From Octopus bimaculoides (lineage: Eukaryota): a stretch of 64,000 bases of DNA. A model generated the notes under the pieces. The model was not told where the DNA came from, did no database searches, and worked only from the letters and a program-made list of their open reading frames with translations. Positions within the stretch are counted from its first letter, which is position 1, and the number at the start of each line of letters is the position of its first letter. Location: the NCBI RefSeq assembly GCF_001194135.2, contig NC_068981.1:96431160-96495159 (forward strand), read 5' to 3'. A program made the translations under genes and the position numbers. Shown here piece after piece: positions 62,190 to 64,000 of this stretch.

Positions 62190-63540
62190 ATGTCGCAGCA
62201 TCATTGTTTCAACTGCTACTAGAACAATTGAGATTCACTACAGTAAAAAAAAATTACCGGAGTATTAAATTGTTGGACATGTTATGTAAATTATAGAAAG
62301 AGTTATTGCAAAATTGATTAGGATGAGAATTAGTAATGAGATGCATTTCAATTTTGTGCCAGGAAGAAGTTTTACAGGCGTGAACCTCCCAACTACAGGA
62401 TTTAATCAGGAGTGAATTACTGCACCTAGCATTTGTTGACCTGGAGAAGACTTGTGACAGGATGTCTCCTTCTGTCATCTGGTGGTTGCTAAAACAGGAG
62501 TATTGTGAAGACTGTACAAGGCATGTACAAAGATACAATCAGCAATGAATAGAACAATAAATTTAGCAAACAGGCAGGGGCCCATAAGCACTCAGTTCTC
62601 ATCCTTTTTCAATTATCATAGCCTTCCATGCCATAGCAGATAAGCTTCAGATTATCTGTTCCCTATTTGTTGATGACTTCATTCTTACAGCCAAGTCTGT
62701 AGTAAAATTAGAGAAAAAATTCCAAATATGAAAGCAAAATTTGGAGCTGCAAAATCCTGAAGCAAACTTAGCAAAGACTGAAGTAGGTAGATGAAATCCT
62801 GCCTCCATTAGGGAAATGGCCTTGCTTGATATACAGAAAAAGAATAGGTAAATATTCCATGTAGAACACTCATTATAAACTATGGGTATATAAGAAATAT
62901 AGTTGAACAACAGGCAATCTAATAAGGAAGATAATATTTTTATGTAGTAATGGACAGAAACAATAAGCACAATGAACATATGGAAAATAGAGTATATCAA
63001 ATTCCCTGAACGCACCCTGTAGTAGTTAATTTAACTTCTGTCACTACAGTGACCGAATTAGTTGCACAGCAAGTTCAGAGAGTGATTATTTGTGCTGATA
63101 GTAAAGGATTTTGGTCTGAGAGTGACATGCAGATTGTATGATGCTTGTGTACAAACTGCAATGCTGCATGGTTGTGAGATATGGACCCAGAATGCTGAAG
63201 ACTTGTGAAAACTAGGAAGAAAATGAAGCATGCATAATCTGCTAGTTGTGTAATGCATGAATTTCAGAGTACAAATGAGCTGAGAGTAAAATTGGACATA
63301 TGCAGAATCAGATGTTAGGTGTGAGAGAGAAATGTGCACATGTGATAGATACAGAGGATGACAGCTGTATAAAAGAAAAAGTGCCAAGTCCTTAAAGTGA
63401 ATGGAACTTGTGAAAGTGGTAGAAGGACAAAGTGAAGAAAACTAACCACAGAATGTTGCATCTTCCAAATAAGATGATTAAGGACTGTATCACATAGTAC
63501 TGGAAAAGATCTGACACCCATGTTTGTGTAGCAAATCAAA
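62190..63540 (+). mobile_element. RTE-like LINE RT-to-3'-end remnant
   Basis: FNFVPGRS, LAFVDLEK..DR, LFVDDFIL and AMLHGCE.W. Confidence 0.8.
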
Positions 63541-63591
63541 TGTTAAAAATGTTAGTAGTGATGGATGCCAGCTGGTTTATGTTTATATGTC

Positions 63592-63622
<31 letters not shown>

Positions 63623-63625
<3 letters not shown>

Positions 63626-63928
63626 AATGAGAATGTCTGTCTGTGTGTGTGAATCCCTAAAACTCGAGAACTACGCAACTAATTTCATTCAAATTTTACA
63701 GATGCCTTACTTAGGGTTCCAGTTGTGTTTTAGTCAAAAAAAATGTTTAACTTCTTGCAGAGTTCGAGCCCACGGCAACATAATATCTCCTCCACTATTT
63801 AAGTATTACGTGTCAGAAGTGAAACAAAAACACTCATGTCAAATACTTTCACTTTAAAAATGAAACTATTCCACTAACTGAAACAATCACATTTCGATAC
63901 TGTAATGACAGATACTTTCACTTTAATG

Positions 63929-63963
<35 letters not shown>

Positions 63964-64000
63964 AATGAGAATGTCTGTCTGTGTGTGTGAATCCCTAAAA
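63623..64000 (+). repeat. Tandem 338-bp Helitron/HINE-like unit (second copy cut by window edge)
   Basis: ATAAATGAGAATGTCTGTCTGTGTGTGTGAATCCCTAAAA identical at 63623 and 63961, each preceded by (GT)n(AT)n. Confidence 0.8.

Overview
This is AT-rich, repeat-dense, intron-rich eukaryotic DNA with three assembly gaps. It is most likely a cephalopod (Octopus-like) genome, inferred from its SINE/RTE-tail repeat families, not from a search. Two protein-coding genes face each other tail-to-tail. (1) A UBE2L3/UbcH7-type ubiquitin E2 on the + strand: coding exons 2-4 at 13638-13733, 22916-23102 and 24572-24726; exon 1 is not in the window. (2) A complete 9-exon SUDS3 (Sin3-HDAC subunit SDS3) gene on the - strand, 53092 to 30316, encoding 311 aa. 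The most notable observation is that SUDS3 intron 6 (36907-36773) is a 135-nt U12-type AT-AC minor-spliceosome intron with an ATATCCTT donor and a TTCCTTAAT branch site; its retention would create a premature stop. The rest is a layered set of decayed mobile elements: Ty3/Gypsy, pogo/Tigger, mariner, maT-like and Tc1-like, hAT (one Buster-type copy with intact TIRs and a perfect 8-bp TSD), two Helitrons, RTE-like and Tx1-like LINE fragments, SINEs and MITEs. I found no prokaryote-type system (CRISPR, operon) and nothing I can firmly call a new biological system; the other findings are structural observations of modest interest.
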